A stretch of DNA of 64,000 nucleotides from Haplodiscus bocki (taxonomy: Eukaryota): assembly GCA_965655095.1 (NCBI GenBank), contig OZ296657.1, positions 20,770,001-20,834,000 on the forward strand. Direction: 5' to 3'. The position numbers and the translations under genes were made by a program. The notes under the pieces were generated by a model. It saw only the letters and a list, made by a program, of their open reading frames with translations, was not told where the DNA came from and searched no databases. Below are positions 37,771 to 51,850 of this stretch, piece by piece (the first letter of the stretch is position 1; the number at the start of each line of letters is the position of its first letter).

Positions 37771-38451
37771 CTCGATTTGTCATCTATGCGCGAAGAAATT
37801 GTAATTATGAGTGTGTGAAAAAGGCAATGTCCTCACTTAAGAGTCGTAAATCATTGAAGAGTGAAAAATGCTCTCGAAAAAACATCTATGCGAAAAATTT
37901 CTAATCATCAGAGTGCGATAAACGTCAATGTCCTCACTTAATAGAGCTCTAATCAATGGAGAATTAAGAAGATCAATTACTGGAGTCCATCACTCAACAA
38001 AAAGCTCATTCGAACTCAATTAGTTGAAATTCAAAACATTGATCGGTGAAAGAGATGATGAAGAATTGAAAACTTTATCTGTCTATCAATCAGGAAGAAG
38101 CTGAGGTAAATGTAAAAAAATGAATTGGGCACAGAATGGAAAATCAAACTTGTAGACGCTAAACATATTTATACAAAAAGATTAGGTATCAATGATTATA
38201 TATTGAGAGGTTTGGTATGAATTCCATCACTGAGTACTAACGTTTCGGATAAAAATAAGACAGTCCATTTTACTTCAGCTCGTAGTTACATACCTTACTG
38301 CTTCCAACAATCCGGAAACCTCTAATGCATGTTTTTACTCTTTCTTTTTCCTCCAACACTGCGCGATATTTACTGATGGGTTCATCATTCAATGAGTTTT
38401 CATTAAGTCGCTTGCAACTCAACTTAGTTGATCCCGACGGTTCAACTCAAG

Positions 38452-41400
38452 ACCAGAAAATCTTTGATGAGGAGGTGTCAGTTCTCGGAAACTTTTTGAA
38501 AAATAAAACAGCAGAAGAGACTGACATCATTCTTTCAGGAGACTTTAATAGTTTCCGTAGGAAATCTGACACAGCGAACGTTGAAAAGAATTGGGACGTC
38601 CGAATTAATCGATTCCAAAAACTGACACCTCTTCTGAATAAACATGACCTACATGATATGGCCGAAGTTAATAAAAACTTTGAGCATACACATTTCGACA
38701 AAAATAATGGGTCCTCATCAAGAATTGATTTTGTTTTCACGAACTGTCTAACAGTTTAATACGCTCAAGGTTTACTCCAACCCTTTTTCTGACCATTCGA
38801 TAATTCACTGTCTGAAAACGAAGGACAAAAAAATGAGAGAGGTCAAGGAAGATGGAAGCTAAATGATCAAATCATAGAAGACAATTATAGTTATCAATAA
38901 AATTATCAATAAATTTATCACTGTCCATAGAGAGAATCTCTCTGATGTGAAAAAGTATGATAGTTGCAAAAATGATATGAAAGATTTCTTGAGATCAATG
39001 TGTTTAGTGAGGACCCAGTTTGAACAAGAAATCGAAATGAAAAGAAAAAAGAAAATAGAAAAAATTGAGTGTGAATTGAAATTGAATTACCGGAGACAAT
39101 GAAAAATAAGGAGATCTATGATTTACGGCAGAAAATCAGCGAAATGGAACAAAAAAAATGATTCGGAAACTAGATCGGATAAAAGAAATTCGTACTGATA
39201 TTAAAGAAGGAGTATCAAAAGAAGTAAAGAAAATCTTGAGAACGCAACAAAATAAATCTACCATTACGAAATTATTGAAAGGACAAAATCAGATGCTAGT
39301 TGAGAATGAAACAATAATGCAAGAATTTTTTACTTTTTATAGAGAAATCTGTGATGAAAAAGTCACGGATGAAGTCGAAAAACAGCAGATATTGGACAGA
39401 TTTGTAAAAGAGAAACATTTCGCAGAGAAAATGATCAGGCGTATGAAAAAACCGATATCTGAAATTGAAGTAACTTCGGCAATAAGTTTCAATAAAAAAT
39501 CTGCACATGGTCCTGATGGATTGACCACTCTATGGTACAAAGGGTTTGAAAAAACGTGGGCTTCAATTTTGAAAAAACTTTTCAATGATGTAGAGCGGGG
39601 GGGGGGGGGCTCGTTGCCTGACTCCTTTGGCTTAGCAATCATCAAGGTTTTACCCAAAAAGGAAAACGCTATCCGAGTAAAAGATTACAGGCCAGTGAGT
39701 TTAATTAACACTGATCAAAAAATCTTTTCGCACGTTGTAGCCAATAGATTGAAAAAAGGCTTGCAAAAATTAATTGGCGAAGAACAAATTGCTTACCTGA
39801 AATACCGTCAGACTCATCAAGTAATCAATCTCACGAGATTAGCATGTGAAGGAATGAAAAATGAATCTTGTGTTGTCGCCTTAGATTTTAGTAAAGCCTT
39901 TGACAGTGTAGATAGAAATTATCTCTACAATTTACTTCAGGTGATCGGAACTCCAGCAAATATTGTCAAATGTATTAAAGCGATCTATGAAAAGACAACT
40001 GCAGTTGTCGAAGTCACACATCATATGACAAAATCAGTTGAAATTAAGCGGGGAGTCAGGCAAGGATGCCCGCTCTTAGCACTATTAATTATTCTAGCCA
40101 TTGAACCACTGCTGCTTGACATTAAAAACGACCCTTATATACACACCAAGTTCGTCACCAACGTTTCAGCCTATGCTGATAATATAACTTGTTGCGTTAA
40201 AAATAGATCTTTAGAAGCACTATTTGACAGAGTAAAGTGTTTTTGCGATGCCACTCAACTATCTGTAAATGTTGATAAAACGGAGATTCTGAGCAGAAAA
40301 AGCATACAATATTATGAAACACAAAAGAAAATCAAAATACTCGGTATTGAGCATAAATTGAATGATCAGGCAAAAAACGACCTGTTTCAGCAAAAAATCT
40401 CAGAAGTTCAAAAATCGGCTGCAACGATATCCAAAAGAATATTTTCAATGCGGGCAAAAGCAATAAATTTCGAAATTTTCATCTACTCCAAGTTGATTTA
40501 CGTGCTACGCCATACAAAAGTGGTGACACAACGACTCGAAAGATTCCAAAGTTATATAACAAAAGAAATATGGATGGAGAAGAGAGCAGCAGTGGCTTCA
40601 GACATTCTGTATCCCCACACACAGCGGCGGAATTGGTCTCCCAAATATTGACCTGAAAACTTTTGCAGCCGTCATTAGTGACTGGAAAAATACATTCTTC
40701 AACTCAAACCTAGGAAAAGATACTTCGTTGAATCAACTCTTCGGATCTGAGAAAGGATTTCTCCATGACCTTAAAAAATCTATTTTGAAAAGTTTAAATT
40801 GAAAATTGATATTTATGGAGACCAAATTCTGATGATGGGTGACGGGAGACAATTGCAAAATGTGGAGCGTACGAAAACGAAAGAGATTTATCTTTTTCCT
40901 CTAATTACGGAAAAAAAACGAAAAGTAGAAAACCGCCTGGCTCCATCTTGCAGGATTTTCGACGTTCCTGCACAACAACTTCTATCTTTTAATAAGTTCC
41001 TTTGGTAGGCTTCTTCAATGTATCCACATGAAGAGAATCTAATGTATCGAGTTCTCTAGACTTCTTGCTCAGACAAGCCAAAAATGAAGCAATTAAATTT
41101 AATTCAAGATGATAACTGTACTTTTTGTAAACGTGTGCAAGACACGACAGAACATATACTTTTCGATTGCCAAATTTTGGATAATCTCCGCAAAGAATAC
41201 AAACTAAAACATTGGAAAAACATTCTTGTTGACAAAAACTCCATGTCAAAACATTTTGCCACGAACGTTTTGATTGGAGCGTGGAAAAACGAAAGTGAAA
41301 AAACGATGGACTATCTTAATAAAAACATATCCAGATGGAGCCGGGCAAACACCAAAATTGGATGAAATCTACACAGAAAAAATAATTGGTTTGGTACAAG

Positions 41401-42201
41401 AGAAAAATGGAAGATGGAAAGGAAGTATAAAGGTAGGGAATAGGTATTTCTGGAGAGTTCAACCCCGTTCTTTTTAATAGCATATTTAATATATATTTAA
41501 AACCGATTAGAATTTCATGCAACCAAGTTGACGGAAAATCAATTGTGAAACCAAGTAATGCCGGATGGTGCGGTGGTCCCCGTATCCGCCGTCTTGCGTC
41601 GAATGCTGCCTTCTCCGCGGGTGGATACGGGGACCCTAAAAAACTTTTTGGGACCCGGGCCTTGTAATGGGTGACTAATGTAACGTGATGTAATGTGAAA
41701 GATTGGAACTAATGGTGATATATTGCAACTAATGGTGAAATATTGCAACTAATGGTGAAAGATAGCAACTAATGGTGAAATATTGCAACTAATGGTGAAA
41801 TATTGCAACTAATGGTGCTTTTCGTTTTGTTTTTTTCTTTCTTTTTTTTATCAAAATAAATAATGGCTCCGGGAACCAAGTGGAAGAGACGCAGGGGCTG
41901 ATGATCAAACTCAGGTCTTGGGGACGAGCCAGCAACTACAATTTCAAGGTTCTGGACACTGTGTCTAAGATGGACACTGACTGGCGATTCCAGTCGAGCA
42001 TTTGAGAAACAGGACTCAGTTGGAATTCCATATCTGGCCTCAAACCCCTGTCTCGACCTTCGTCTACAGAGCCACCCGCCTCATGCAATGCAATCACCAC
42101 CGTGCAACAGATCTTCCACCCTTCAAAGATTAGACGCCGTTGCTGGGATTCGAACCCCCTACCTTGAACTCGGAGACTCAGGCGTTGACCATTATACCAA
42201 C
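38452..42201 (+). mobile_element. Tx1 element ORF2 (most complete copy) plus 3' UTR, truncated in the tRNA-like cassette
   Basis: SGDFN, SSRIDFVF, PFSDH, WKLN; 497-aa RT ORF 39158-40651; CTFC..TTEHILFDC. Confidence 0.92.
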
Positions 42202-42964
42202 AATCTGAGCTCTAGTATCAATTTTACTGCTTCTAAAACTCTCTATGAATAGAACCAATATGAAACTTACGGGCAACCAAAATCGTTTTCAGCTTCATCT
42301 TTGCACTAGTGTTGGGTTAGGGTGTCGTTTGTGTTTCCCAATAGAAGTAGATTTCCCAATCTTCTGGTTTTTGGCAAGATCGTCCCGCTGTTTCTTCTGT
42401 TTTATACCAGTAGTCCAGATTTCGTCAGTTGTCGTTGTAGATGATCACAGTGTAGCTCGTCGTCGCACACTCCTGTCACCATCTAAGATCGCACCTCGTC
42501 TTCTTGTTTTATTGAGTTTTCTTTTAGCCTGAGCGGGTATTGAGTATTCTCAAAGTATTTCAGATTCAATGTTCTTGTTGGATGCGAGGTCCCGCGGTTA
42601 GACTTGCTACAAGTGATCTGTTCTACAACTCCTCAAGCTGTCGAAGAATTGGTTAGTTTTGCAGATTTTTGAATTCAACTTTTCTGTACTGCGTCGCTGC
42701 TTGTTGTGTATCAAAATTTATATGTGCCGAAGTTAATGATAAGAGATAATTTAAATCATGAGGTATTTCCGTAATTTGACATATTTATCTAAATTAAGCA
42801 TCGTTATGACTCCAAGATAAGTTCTAAAGTTTGAAGTTCATCGAAAGAATGTGGCGTCATTAAATGATTAAGAGATTAGGAGATTAAGAGTTTTGAGTTT
42901 AAATGGGCGTTCTTCTCATATGAACTTTGCTTTCAGCATTCCGATCGTAACATGGAATGTTACA
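42202..42964 (-). mobile_element. possible LTR plus gag-start fragment on the minus strand
   Basis: Minus strand starts TGTAACA exactly at the junction with Utopia DNA (42964); ACAACA and a degenerate PBS-like GCAGCGACG near 42700. Confidence 0.35.
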
Positions 42965-43454
42965 CTTGGTTACATGGATGACTTTGCGCTAACAATTGAA
43001 GATGACCAGAAAACTGAACAAATTCTCACTGATTTGCAATCAATGTCCAGTCGCCTTGGCCTCACTTTTAATGCCAAGAAATGAGGAGCCGCCAACACTT
43101 CCCATCAATTACGGATTAACGGTGAGCCAATGTCACATGTCTCAGAAGAACGTGCTTACAGGTACTTGGGAACTGAAGCTTTTACAACGTCTTTGGGTGG
43201 TCAAGAAATGTGTTTCAAAGAAGCTTGGACAATCTCTGATCTTACGCCGATGCAGAAACTGCACGCTCTGAGATCAAAAGTTGTACCAATGCTCTACCAT
43301 ATCCTTGAGAACTCGCAGTGTAGCCAGTCACAGCTCCACCGAATAATAGAAGTTTGCGACGAATGGTGAAACACATCTGCTATCTGCCCGAACGAGCTGC
43401 AAACGCGTATATTCACCTTCACAGAGTCTAGGGAGGACCGAGGCTGCCCGATTA
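42965..43454 (+). mobile_element. Utopia-like RT fragment
   Basis: LGYMDD, YRYLGTE, LTPMQKLHALR, LPERAANAY. Confidence 0.85.
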
Positions 43455-43854
43455 CAGTCAAGCATTTGAGTGAGAGGACTCAGTTGGAATTCCATATCTG
43501 GCCTCAAACCCTTGTCTCAACCTTCCTCTACAGAGCCACCCGCCTCATGCATTGCAATCACCACCGTGCAACAGATCTTCCACCTTAAAGTTTTGTCGCA
43601 GTTGCTGGGATTCGAACCCTCTACCTTGACAACAGCCACTCATGCTATGACCACTATACCATCATTGTACAAATGCGTGGCAATCTGAATGTATATCCGA
43701 ATAGCGTATGCATCAGTCCCTGGCAAAAACAGTATAAATCTGAGTGCTTACTTATATGTTTCAGTTAACAAATTATGTGTATGTTTTTAAGTTAACAAAT
43801 TATGTATATGTTTCAGTTAACAAATAATGAGAAAGGTAATTTAAATATTTGAAA
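43455..43854 (+). mobile_element. Tx1 3' end with antisense tRNA-like head (43597-43668), right IR and ~25-bp triplication
   Basis: Homologous to 7500-7796; ends GGTAATTTAAATATTTGAAA at U2 nt 6. Confidence 0.85.
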
Positions 43855-43880
43855 TTCTCGGCCTTTTGGCTAAGATCACG
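43855..43880 (+). ncRNA. U2: U2 nt 6-31
   Basis: TTCTCGGCCTTTTGGCTAAGATCACG. Confidence 0.9.
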
Positions 43881-44699
43881 CTATTTTATTGTCACGTCTA
43901 ATCACTGTACTGTATGATATGCTCCGCTTATCTCCTGCTGTGATCTGACTCTTGGAATTTCAAGTGTGTGTGTGTGTGTGTGTCGTGATCGCAAGATCAC
44001 CCTGCGGGGACAACGACGAACCTGACAATATTGACTGTTGGGGTCAATATTGGTTGAAGGGAAGAGTCAACGTCTGGGCACTACCCCACCAGCTGACAAC
44101 TGTGTGGTTACCGATTTTGCCTGGCGGCTTGGAGTAGTAATCAAAAGGCTCCAAGTCTATAACCACCGTTGTGTGGGTGTCCCATTTCCCAGAAAATGAG
44201 AAGAACTGCAAGACGTGACGTGCGAGGAAGAGCTGCAAGACGTGACGTGCGACGAAGAATAGCGAGAAAGAGCAAAGTTAATTCACTGTTGTTTCACTAC
44301 GAACCGTAATGCAGCTGTGGCCGTGTTTTGCCATGTGAGCTGAAAGTTACTAAGTAGTGATACTTCAAGACTTGACTTGCAAGTAATTTCTTCGCTCAAG
44401 ACGTGATGTTCGAGGAAAAACAGGCAAGGCAAGACGAGATGACGTCGACGTTTGACAAGCTAGATGACACCCAGACTGTTGCCATACCTCACCCCACTGT
44501 GTGACCGATCAAGTGCGCTTCTTGCGAGTGTGTGTACGTAAACGAAATCAGCTACAAAAGAGACATTCGACGCCACATCAGTTGTTTCTGTCGATCTTGA
44601 AGTCAACACCAGACGTCAAAGACGCTCCACAACTACAAGTTGACGAGACGGGCGAGGATTCTTCAAGTTCTCCAATCTGCCCAGAAGAGACGTTGAAAA

Positions 44700-47600
44700 A
44701 CCATTGACACCAACCAGTTGTCCAGCTTCTACTTCGATGGTCTAACTGCAGTGGTGCTATTCCCTGTGGTTTTCCCACTTGTCTGTGTGGCATGTAAGCG
44801 CTCAATCAAGGAGTCGACCTTCAAAAGAGACATCTTTCATCAAAAACTTGCAGGCAGCGGCAACCTGGATGTGCTGAGGCAAACGAACTTGTGTTTGAAT
44901 GCACTCACTGCAAGTTTTTAGCGACTGACCGAAGGAAGGCAACGACACATCAAGCCTCTCATTTTGGTGATGAAAGTTACAACCTGGCCCAGTACCCTTG
45001 TGCACAGTGCAAACGCTTCTTCGCAACCCAAAAGGCACTTAGTAGTCACACTCGTCAGTGCAAGAGCAATGTTGTGCCATCGGCGAGGGACACTCCAGCT
45101 ACAGAAGACGTTTCAGCAGCTCAAATATCACTTCTTGTCCCCAAAACTTCAATCGATGGCAGCACTAGTGGACCAGTGGGGCTGGTGCGTGATGAAGTTG
45201 TAGATGTTGCGATTCCCAGTACAGAGACAGCCCGTGTCTCATGTCAGTCGAACCAGTGCGAATTGTCTTTTGATTCAGTGTCATCTGGCTCTCTGGGCCC
45301 TGATGTTGACTTGTATGCGATGCCCATTGACGCAGACCCCAACTTTGATTGTGATCAGTGGTTGAAAAAGTTGATTCCGCCGAAGACTACGAAGAAGAAT
45401 CAGATGCACCCTAAAAACAATCTAGCTTCATCGAAACTTACCGCACGTGAGATGCAAGCGCTGTACGCGAAACAGCCCAAGAAAGCACTGGATAAACTGC
45501 AATTCATCCCTAACATCAGCTGCAAGGTTGACCCAATAGACTTGCGCCACTGTCTTCTACTCCAACTGCAGTCACAGAATCCACCACAATTGACATCGCA
45601 GTTGTGGCATACCTGCTTGGGAGTCAACTTATAAGAGGGATATATTCAGACACTCCAAAAAATGTCGTCAGAGGAGCCCCGATGCCGCGCCAGCCGACGA
45701 ATTAGTATTTGAATGCAGCTACTGTAATTTCTGGGTGGCCGACAGGCGTAAGGCGACTACCCACCAAGCGACACACTTTGGTGAGGAGAATTACGTGTTA
45801 CCCAGTTATCTTTGCAACTGTAACAGAAAATTTGCAACTCAGAAAGCTCTCAGCAGCCACCAAGTTCGATGCCCAGCTGCGAAACAATTAGTGCAGAATG
45901 CAGACACGAACACGAACGGGGACAACCATAAGGCCAACACCCCACCAATTCTTCCTCCCCGAAGTTCCAGTCACAGAGAAGAGACTCATGCAGACCCAGG
46001 GAGCCATGTGCAAGACGAACCGATCTCTTCCCCTCGAAGCTCCAGTCTCACAGGAGACAATCATACAGAACTCGGTTACTCGTTTGTCTCCATAAACAGC
46101 CTCCCCGACAACGAGCACGACATTTATCCAGTGGCGCCACCAGGTACTCCAGTAGAGTCAGACCACGCGTTTGCTACCCTAATACCAGCGAAACCAGTAG
46201 CAGCCAAACGGAAAGCCCCTAAATCGACCTTCCGCATCACCGCAGCCGCTCTCCAAAAACTATACACCAGCAATTCTAAACGAGCAATGGCCAAGATCCA
46301 AATGCTACCCACCATCAACTGTGAGGTCAACCCTGTGGACCTGAGATTCGGTCTTTTGCAGCAATTGGAAACAAAAGGTATAGATATACTCCAAGACCAA
46401 TTATGGACAAGATGCAAGGAAGGCGTGGATATCCTGTCAGCTACGTTCAATGAAAATGAAATTAATGAAGCCCTTAAGCACCCGGACACAGCCCCTGGCC
46501 CTGATGGCTGGAAGTACAGGGAGCTCTCGAAGATCGAAAACTTCTCGCCTCAGTTCCTAGAACTGCTGCACCGAATGGCAGCCAAAGGTGAAACGCCAGA
46601 TGCCTGGAGGAGATACAACACAATGCTCCTCTTCAAGAAACCGAGCGAATATGTCCCGGGTCAAGAAAAAGTCATGAAAAACTTCCGCCCCATTGCCCAA
46701 TCGAATGTTTCCTACAAACTCCTGGCAGCAATCCTCTGCAAACGATTGACGAAATGGTTGGAAGCCAATAAAGGGATTTCTTATTCACAACGAGCTGTAT
46801 TCTCAAGAAGATGAGTCCAGGAAAACACTCTCAGTTGCTGAAGCGTTGCGAGCCAAGAAAATAGTGATACATCTAGAACTTAGTGATGCTTTCAACACAG
46901 CCGAGCACTCCCTCCTATTAGAAGCCTTTGGACAATCGGGATGTCCGAGGTGGATAATGGACATCATTGCATCAGTTTACAGGAATTGCATAACCACACC
47001 CGTGGACATTTCTGGAGTCCCGCTAGCTGGTGACGTACCTGTTTCACGTGGTGTACGGCAGGGCTGCCCCCTGAATGCACTACTCTTCAACCTCGTACTA
47101 GACTCAGTTCTGCAAGCTGCTTCGGGTCCAGGATCTTTATGCCTCGGATATATGGATGACATTGCAATTATTGCCGACAATCCAGAGGACGTGCCGTCTA
47201 CAATCAACCAAACAGTTACAACTGCCCAGTCACTGGGCTCCACCTTCAACATAGTGAAGTGTGGAATCGCCAATCACCAAAGCGAAGTGAAGATAAATGA
47301 ATCGGGCTTACCGCCATTATTCCTTTCCCTACTAATTTTCCGCTCAATTGTGAAGCATGTAACCAGCTGATAAAGGAGTCAACTTACAAGAGAGATATAT
47401 TTAGACACTCCAAGAAATGTCGTCAAAGGAGCCCCGTTGCCGCTCCAGCGGACGAGCTAGTATTTGAATGCAGCTACTGTAATTTCTGGGTGGCCGACAG
47501 GCGTAAGGCGACTACCCACCAAGTGACACACTTTGGTGAGGAGCATTACGTGTTACCCAGTTACTCCTGCGACTGTAAAAGAAAATTCGCAACTCAAAAA

Positions 47601-48723
47601 GCTCTCAGCAGCCACCAGGTTCGATGCCCCTCTGCAAAACAGACCCGTCTATGACAGTGATGACGTATGACTGTGCCTTTTGCAACAACTCCTTTGGCAC
47701 ACAGAAGGCGCTGAGCAGCCACAAGCGCCAGTGCAAACAGTGGTACAGTGCGAACACAGTTGTCGAGGTCTGGTGCTACACGAAGCGTGCTGCCAAGAGT
47801 GGAGGAGGTTGTGCCTCAGGTAACCACGGCGCACAGCAACGACCTGAACGTTGATGCAGTACCAGAGACGACTACCATACCAGTGTGGCGGTGCTTGTGG
47901 ATGATGACGAAATGGTAGCAGCCAATGTGTCGCTGAGGTCAGTGTCCAGTGTGCCTCTTGATGAGAGAGTAGACCAAGAAATGTACGATGACTACACTGT
48001 GATGGAGTATGATATGGACATGGTGGACTGCAGTGACTGGATGAATGTATTGCTGCCATCAAAGACGAAGAAAAGTAGTGGAGATGTCAGTGAGAGCATG
48101 AAAGCGCAGTATGAGAGACAGCGGCGCTTTTCCAAGATGAGCCCGGCTGATTTGCAGAAGTTGTACAGCAAGGACATGAAAAGGGCGCTGCAGAAGATTC
48201 AGTTCTCGCCAGAGATTGAATACAAGGTGGACCCAGTTGATCTGCGATATGGTCTACTTCAACAACTGAGCGCGGCAGAACAACAGCCAGTGGTAGAAGC
48301 AAATGTCTGTTCACCTTGCCCTGTTGGCCTTGACCAGTTGAGCAGCCGATTTTCACCGTGTGAGGTGGAAAAAGCGTTGGATCACAAGAATTCAGCGCCT
48401 GGTCCTGATGGCTGGACGTATGAGGCAGTGAGGAAGGAGAAAGACTTTGCGAAAAGATTCACAGCTGGCTTGCATGCAATGGCCCGCAGTGAAGTGACAC
48501 CGGACGGATGGAAAACGTACAACAGCATGCTGCTGTTTAAGAAGCCAGAAGAGTTCCAGCCTGGTGATGAATGTGAGCTGCGTTGTTTCCGTCCAATCGC
48601 CTTGTCGAATGTGTCTTACAAGTTGCTGACGTCAATGCTGTGTAAGAGATTCAGCAAATGGCTAGAGGCGAACAAAGGTGTGGGTTTCACTCAACGAGCC
48701 GTGTTTGGCAGACATGGAGTGTC
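44700..48723 (+). mobile_element. head-to-tail mosaic of four Utopia-like 5' fragments (junctions ~45625, ~47305, ~47640)
   Basis: Zinc-finger N-termini recur four times (KESTxKRDIF, FEC..ATTHQ, ATQKALSSH); RT starts APGPDGW; 45625-45875 nearly equals 47375-47630. Confidence 0.88.
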
Positions 48724-51700
48724 TGTGAGATTTGTGCCATAGTTTTTTTTTCTATAAATGTTTATTAAATTTTCATTGTCATCTAAAATTAGTTAAATTG
48801 AAAGGTACTCGATAAGATATAAGATATACAAATGATTAATGGTGAAATGAGAGCCAATGAGAACGCTCTACGCGAGTAAACAGCACTGCAGCAAAAGTTG
48901 GTCTAATTCGAACCCCAACTATAACGTCCATTTTCTCGAAGACTATTATAGATAGAGCAAAACAGTTTTCACCAATAAAAACTATATTCCAAGACGAACA
49001 AGTTGGGTGATTTTCACCGCATTCTGAAAATCAAAAGTTTCGAAAAATTAAAACGAAAAATATTACGGTCCGGAAAATGGTAAAATCGTGATTTCACAGT
49101 TCAGTTGCAACTTTAGAAGCGTATAAAAGTGAAAGCGGAGTGGACACAAATTGTTATAAATACAATAGGAATACAATAGGAGTGATTTTGGAATGAATTT
49201 TGACCACGCGCACGGCCGCCACCACCCCACGTATTAGCATATTTACGCTCTCGCTGATCAAAATTAGACCTGTTTTTTTAATGCTCCCCAATGTTTGCTT
49301 GCTTATTTCTCGAAGATGAGAAAAGATATCAACAAACGGTTTTCACCATTGTAAACTACATCTATAGGAGAGCTTAAGTTTGGAATATGAGCAAAATCGG
49401 ACGAATTTAAGATATTGAAAAATCGTAGTAACCGAAAAGTGTACCCCCGAAATTGCCAAATTGAGTTCAGTTAAAAATTTATTCTGAGCGAACCACGCAT
49501 CAGAAAAGGCTCGTATTAGTCTGAAACGGAAGATATTCGAATGGACTAATGTCCCTGAAAAGATGAATCGATTATATTCAGTCATTTTGGAGAACTGAGT
49601 AAGAAATCGCCAAAAAACGCCCAAAATAGCCTAAAATCGTCAAAAATCGCAGTTTTTCGCCTATTAGTTAACGAACAGCCAATAGAAATCGACCATATTA
49701 TTAGCGATCGAAAGCTTATTATTAGGAGGAATAGAAAATAACAATAGAACAAGCTTAGCAAGCTACAAATGCCCGCCCCACAAAATTGCAACTAGCTAAA
49801 TTCACGGATTTTGGAAAATGTCGACTTGCAAAACGGCTAGCGGTCCACCCCGCACCTTTTTGAAGATAGAAAGCTCAAAATTTAACACAATGTTTTTAAC
49901 AACCTCCCCCAGGAAACTGACCGAGGTTTTTTCGAAATTTTGCCTGTACGTTGAGAAAATCGACTTTGAAGGTGGACCCAGGTAGTCAAAAATGGCCAAA
50001 ATCGGTACTTTTGCGGAAAATTGAATAACTTTTTTTTGAGACCAGCTAGAGAGCTCATCTTTTCGTTAAAATACTCTTACTTGAATATACTAACAGGAAA
50101 ATACCACCCCCGCCCTGGGAAAAATTTATACGTTGAGAAAAATGACCTCAAAGTGACCAAAAATCGATTTTTCGGATATGGAATTTTGACTACTTTCAGG
50201 AAATCGCATTTTTCGACCATCAATATTGAAAATAACTATAACAAAGTATACATTGCCAGAAACTACATCAAACACCGCGTGTAATATTGTGCTCATTTCA
50301 TTTTTATGACGTTTATGATAGGCACAATTAATTATTGAATTCTACTCAAAAATTACGCCTTTTTTTGGACATTTCTTTTTGCATGGATATTATGACGGGA
50401 ATGGTTAGGGAAGATATGTTAACCACTTATTTTGGAAGTACTTGGTCACGCGCGACGAGTAGAATAGCTGACACATCAACCGAAAGAGCATGTCAATCAA
50501 AATGGTGACATAAACGAATTGAAACGAAGAGGAATTTTCTTAATCATTTTTAACACCCCCGTTTTGCCAGTGGATACGACCAAAATCAATTAATCATAAC
50601 TGATGTAAGCGAAGAAAATAGACACCGAGTAGTACCAAAACTGATGATTACTGTACCGAAGTGAAATAAACGATATAACCAACGAAAATTGATAAGTCAT
50701 TTTATGAATTATTGGACACGAATAACCGGATGACTGACAGTAATGCCGAAAGTAATTGAATGGTACCGAAAGCGAGAAAAGTGGCTAAAAACGGAACTTT
50801 CAATTGGTAATAGATGACGAATAGAACAGAAAGTGATAATATTGGAAACGAGTTAAACGAATGACTAAGATGTATAACTAGATGAAAATACGCCCGAAGA
50901 CTAACGAAAAAGTGAAGTGCTAGGCACACAAAGTGAGTTGAAATCTGGAGAACGGTTTGCTACTTTGCTGTCAACGGATAGAGTACGAGTCTTTGAGTCC
51001 GGGACTAAAGATTGCAGATTTACTTTATCAACCCTTGTTAGAGAGTCTGGGACTTTTTGACTCTAGATTGTGATCCAGGATCATAGTCTGTTGTCGTGAC
51101 TGAATTGGGAAGTTGGACTTCCCCAGATTCTTTTGAGATGTTCTTCTTTAACGCCGTGAGACGCGGGTTAGAGAGTAATTTGGGCCGCAGCGGTGGCTGA
51201 ACCGTGGATTAGTTAGAGATAGCAGTCCGGGACTGTTTCGCATCACTCCAAGAACGTTGGAGAAAGGCGGCAAGTTATTGAAATACAACTTTATTTTCTC
51301 AATCATTTGCTGGTTGAGTACCTTTCAATTCTTCCTTCGGGAAATCTTCTTGTTGTTTTAACCCCGTTTGATCTGATTTGTTTATTGGTTCTGTGAACAA
51401 TATATTACTCAAAGTATTATCCATTATTTAATTGATATCCAGTAATAAAAGTATTATTCTGTGAAAGATATTATTTAGCATGATTGTATTATTCTATTAC
51501 TTTGTGTCATTTAATTAACTTTGAGATAGTTTCTCATGAGAGAAAATTTTATTTAACAGACAAGAGCTACGAGACACCCTTTAAAAGAAGAATCAAGACA
51601 GAACCGCGTTTCTTAGCGCATCTTACCCCCACCGCCTCCGAATTATTAGACTTGTCTTTTCTTTCGGAGTTATAAATTTTTTGTGGATGCTCCGCCGATC

Positions 51701-51831
51701 CCCCGTCTCGTGCATCTGGTACACGCGCTTAATGGAGTAGTAGTGGAGCATTTTAAAAACAGAGTAGAAAAACTCCTCAGTGATTCGATTCCTCTTTGGC
51801 GGTTGTTAAAGCTACTTTTCAAAATTCTACA
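48724..51831 (+). mobile_element. long terminal repeat, copy 1 (3108 bp)
   Basis: TGTGAGATTT...AAATTCTACA termini; interrupts the Utopia RHGVS motif; followed by PBS; near-identical to 54943-58030. Confidence 0.85.
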
Positions 51832-51832
51832 G

Positions 51833-51850
51833 TGGCGCTCCTGGGTGGGC
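51833..51850 (+). promoter_or_regulatory. primer binding site complementary to the tRNA-Asn 3' end
   Basis: TGGCGCTCCTGGGTGGGC, 1 nt after CA; animal tRNA-Asn ends ..GCCCACCCAGG(GA)CGCCA; repeated at 58032-58049. Confidence 0.8.

Noticed and set aside
43881-44700. Possible LTR start TGTCACG after the U2 fragment, with (TG)n and 22-bp repeats; also an LTR-like end AATAAA..GTGACA at ~60130-60146
   Set aside because: No partner LTR, clear PBS or coding motif; left unannotated
50641-50668. Hammerhead core CTGATGA...GAAA (also CTGATGA at 7862, 11070, 23445)
   Set aside because: Stem II is weak or GAAA is missing, and no stems I/III are evident
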